From the NCBI GenBank assembly GCA_937984275.1, contig CALJYC010000267.1, positions 1-38,862 on the forward strand: DNA of 38,862 nt. Direction: 5' to 3'. The stretch is from an uncultured bacterium. GTDB taxonomy: Bacteria > Myxococcota_A > Polyangia > Polyangiales > Houyiibacteriaceae. A program made the position numbers and the translations under genes. This document shows, in pieces, positions 36,145 to 38,862 of this stretch (positions are counted from its first letter, which is position 1; each line of letters starts with the position of its first letter). The notes beneath the pieces were generated by a model. The model did not search any database, had not been told where the DNA came from, and worked only from the letters and a program-made list of their open reading frames with translations.

Positions 36145-37064
36145 GCACGGTCGAAGTCTGCCTGGTTCGGCACGGTCAGTCGGTGTCGAACGCCCGCGGA
36201 GTCTGGCAGGGTCACGGGGACTCCCCGCTGAGCGACGTCGGACGGACGCAGGTCCATGGGCTCCGCCGCGCACTTGACGGACAACGGTACGACCTCGTCC
36301 TGAGCTCGGATCTGAGCCGGGCTGCGGACACCGCCAAGGCTTCGGGCGTCGAGGTGGAGCACGACCGCGCTTGGCGCGAAATCCACGTGGGCGATTGGGA
36401 GGGGCTCACGATGGAGCAGGTCGTCGAGCGCTTCCCGGAGCAAATCGAGGCTCTCAAAGCCCGGCAGACGTTCGCCATCGGCGGGGGCGAGAGCTGGCCG
36501 GAGGTATTCGAGCGGGCCGACGCGTCGCTGGCTGCCCTTCGGGCGCGGATGCCCCACGGCGGCCGGGCTATCGTCTTCACGCACGGCGGCATCATCGCCG
36601 CCCTCCTCTCGGGGCTCCTCGGGGTCCGCGACCAGTTCCCGTGGCCTCTCGGGCGCATGCGCAATACCGGCCGAACGACGCTTCGCTTCTCGGGAAGCCG
36701 AGTTGAGTTGGTTTCGCACAACGACGACACCCACATCCCGGCCAACCTCCGGCAGAAATACGAACCTCGCCCTGACCAGGTCATCGTCCGAATGACCTCC
36801 ATCGCTGGCGATGGTGAGCCAGCCGATACAGGCACAGCGGATTTCAACTCTGCAATCAAATCTGCACGGAAAACGGGTGCAGGTGGGGCGGTGTCGGTAT
36901 CAGGCACGTCACAACAGATCGCTGACCTTGCCCAGAGGACGGCAGGCGCTTCAGTCAATGAATTCCGGTTTGTGGAGCCAGTGCAGGGTCGCTCGAGCGA
37001 GCTGCTGATCTCGGAGAGCCATCAGATGTTACTCGACTACGGGCTCCCGATGATGCAGATTTGA
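36141..37064 (+). CDS. Histidine phosphatase (phosphoglycerate mutase-like) family protein with a C-terminal extension
   Basis: [28 protein letters not shown] and FTHGG. ATGA overlap with clpP. Confidence 0.88.
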   Translation: MSTVEVCLVRHGQSVSNARGVWQGHGDSPLSDVGRTQVHGLRRALDGQRYDLVLSSDLSRAADTAKASGVEVEHDRAWREIHVGDWEGLTMEQVVERFPEQIEALKARQTFAIGGGESWPEVFERADASLAALRARMPHGGRAIVFTHGGIIAALLSGLLGVRDQFPWPLGRMRNTGRTTLRFSGSRVELVSHNDDTHIPANLRQKYEPRPDQVIVRMTSIAGDGEPADTGTADFNSAIKSARKTGAGGAVSVSGTSQQIADLAQRTAGASVNEFRFVEPVQGRSSELLISESHQMLLDYGLPMMQI

Positions 37065-37323
37065 AAAATCTGTTGCAGAAATGAAAAGTAAGCAGGCTCA
37101 CGTCTGTACAGCTCGAATACACTTGTAATTCATCTGTAAGGGTTATTCATCACATGTCTCGTTTGTGATCCACCCCACATATGGACCCCCCACTTCGGTC
37201 GATCGGGTGCAATTTAGGGGTTAAACACGCAGAACCTCAAAAATTTTTCAGATCTGAACGATCTCCCATTCCGAGGATCCGGCAACCCCTATGAGATCAT
37301 TCATGATTCCAAGCGCTACAGAG

Positions 37324-37340
37324 TTGGCACGGTCGTAGCA
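37324..37340 (+). promoter_or_regulatory. Sigma54 (-24/-12) promoter
   Basis: TTGGCACGGTCGTAGCA versus consensus TGGCACG-N4-TTGCW, with correct GG-N10-GC spacing. Preceded by a ~260-bp AT-rich non-coding region. Confidence 0.75.
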
Positions 37341-37350
37341 TATAGAAAAC

Positions 37351-37497
37351 TCGACAGAAGCGCTGCGGCGATGACGTACCCCCCACGTCCCCCGTAGCGC
37401 TGTTAGACCGGTGATTTGGCTTGTTTTCCCCCCACTTCATCCAAATCACCATCTCTCTAACGGCCCGAAAGCCCCCCCTTTCGGGCCGTTACTTTTT
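37351..37497 (+). ncRNA. Putative small regulatory RNA with three C-rich-loop hairpins
   Basis: Lies between the sigma54 promoter and an intrinsic terminator, with no credible ORF. Hairpins at 37359-37401, 37410-37450 and 37458-37491 each carry CCCCCC in the loop. Confidence 0.7.
37458..37497 (+). terminator. Rho-independent terminator of the putative sRNA
   Basis: Perfect 14-bp stem TAACGGCCCGAAAG/CTTTCGGGCCGTTA, C6 loop, followed by CTTTTT. Confidence 0.8.
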
Positions 37498-37506
37498 AAT
37501 TCCCCG

Positions 37507-37529
37507 AAAAAGGGGTCAGACCCCTTTTT
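37507..37529. repeat. REP-like palindrome, family B
   Basis: AAAAAGGGGTCAGACCCCTTTTT; a variant GGGGACAGTCCCC lies at 37576-37588. Confidence 0.85.
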
Positions 37530-37599
37530 GAAGGGGTGAGTTTCTAATTTGGTGGTGTTGGTCGGGGATCAGAGAGGGGACAGTCCCCCTTGTCCCTAC

Positions 37600-38091
37600 T
37601 TACTTCACTACCTTCAAGTATGGGGGGCGGTCGCCGGGCTTGGGCGGGGTTGATGGGGGTGAGTCGCCCTCCTCTACTGCAGGCAGAACCCTTAGCGATG
37701 GGCGCTCCTCTACCAGCGGCGGTGGGGGCTCTCTGCCCGCTTCTCGCTCGATTTCCTCGGAAATCTCCTGCGGCATCGAGTCCGGCCAGACCATGCCCCG
37801 GCCGTCGTCACCGGCGAGCGCGAATACCGCGTCCCACTGAATCTGGCAGGTGAAGGGCGAGCGATTGAACGACAGGGTGCCGTAGATGCCGTCCGCATCG
37901 ACCTCTAAATCCCGAATAGGTACGGGCATGTCGAAGCCAATCTGCAACACCAGCTGAGGTTCTGAGCGGTACCACTGCGGGACGACCACCGTGTCCACGC
38001 GCGGGTCGAGATGCACGAACAGGCTGCCCTGGGCCAGGAGGTAGCGGGCAACGTCGAGCTTTGGCGGAAGCGGTTTTTCTTCTTCGGCCAC
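37600..38091 (-). CDS. sspB: ClpXP specificity-enhancing factor / stringent starvation protein B
   Basis: VHLDPRVDTVVVP, TLSFNRSPFTCQIQWDAVFA, a Pro-rich linker and C-terminal ClpX-binding tail PYLKVVK. Confidence 0.85.
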   Translation of the reverse strand: MAEEEKPLPPKLDVARYLLAQGSLFVHLDPRVDTVVVPQWYRSEPQLVLQIGFDMPVPIRDLEVDADGIYGTLSFNRSPFTCQIQWDAVFALAGDDGRGMVWPDSMPQEISEEIEREAGREPPPPLVEERPSLRVLPAVEEGDSPPSTPPKPGDRPPYLKVVK

Positions 38092-38136
38092 CCTTCACCA
38101 TTAGCGGATTCCGCAAGCCTCCGCCACGGACCAACG

Positions 38137-38159
38137 AAAAAGGGGTCTGACCCCTTTTT
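38137..38159. repeat. REP-like palindrome, family B; possible terminator for the DMT gene
   Basis: AAAAAGGGGTCTGACCCCTTTTT. Confidence 0.85.
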
Positions 38160-38185
38160 GAAAGGGTTAATTCGCTCGTAGGTGG

Positions 38186-38862
38186 TTAAACGAAAGCCAG
38201 CAGGGCCGTCCCGCCTACCATCAGGACAACCGCGGCCACCTTTCGGCCGGTGATCGGTTCCCCGAAGAAGAGCCGGCCGAAGACAACGCTACCGAAGGCC
38301 CCGAAGGCGCGCTTGAGCGTCTCGACCACCGCCACCCACAGCCACTGAAGAGCGATCAACTGCAAGGCCACGGCGGCCACCGCAAACGCGATTAAGGCGG
38401 CAAGCAGGGCACTGGGCGCCAGGACGACCTCCCGGAGCTCCCTCTGCTTCCCACTCAAGAGGATCCAAGAAAGCAGAATCGTGGCGCTTCCCCCGGAGAG
38501 AAGGAAGGCGTGCGAGGCAGGGGATGCGTGTCCGAGGGCACGTTTGTCGAGGGCTGTCGAGCACGCCCAGAGGAACGCGACCGCAATCATGTAAGGCGCG
38601 CCCTTCTCGTGTGAGACCGACCTCCACCACGAATCCGACAAATCACTATTGAGCACGAGGGCGCCGAGGACCACGAGCGAGATGCCCGCCCAGTGCATCG
38701 AGCCGGGCACCTCCCCGAGCAGCGGCATCGCGGCAAGCGCGCTGATCACCGGCGTGAGCGAGAGGAACGGAACCGTCCGGCTCAACGGTGACAGCTGTAC
38801 CGAGCGCATGAAGAACACGTTGGCAATCGCATTCATCGTCATCGAGGCCACGGCGGGAGGCC
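38186..38862 (-). CDS. DMT/EamA-family transporter, 5'-truncated by the window edge
   Basis: Multiple TMs; SPLSRTVPFLSLTP, LLGEVP and LFFGEPIT motifs. Confidence 0.85.
   Translation of the reverse strand, partial: PPAVASMTMNAIANVFFMRSVQLSPLSRTVPFLSLTPVISALAAMPLLGEVPGSMHWAGISLVVLGALVLNSDLSDSWWRSVSHEKGAPYMIAVAFLWACSTALDKRALGHASPASHAFLLSGGSATILLSWILLSGKQRELREVVLAPSALLAALIAFAVAAVALQLIALQWLWVAVVETLKRAFGAFGSVVFGRLFFGEPITGRKVAAVVLMVGGTALLAFV

Overview
GC-rich bacterial chromosome segment, most likely from a myxobacterium (Myxococcota). This is an inference from the giant TPR proteins, a myxobacterial-type SspB and the gene mix. Most of it is housekeeping: nadD, a PanG-like gene, a ClpA/C-type ATPase, holA, rpsT, an MMPL transporter, NAD-type IDH, hslO, murJ, engB, a SWIM-SNF2 helicase, a HelD-like helicase, argA-argE, clpP, sspB and a DMT transporter. 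One accessory operon encodes a TTQ amine dehydrogenase (mauB-E-D-A plus cytochrome c) whose small subunit looks AADH-like; there is no mauG or amicyanin gene in the window. The most notable unannotated signals are: (1) a probable sigma54-driven ~145-nt sRNA at 37351-37497, with three hairpins that each display a C6 loop; (2) two families of REP-like palindromes, one forming 53-bp direct repeats around a degenerate GGDEF gene; (3) an apparent strand-asymmetric codon/composition bias radiating from those palindromes; (4) recurrent leaderless-type promoters; (5) several predicted pseudoenzyme domains. All calls come from reading motifs by eye; no database searches were run.
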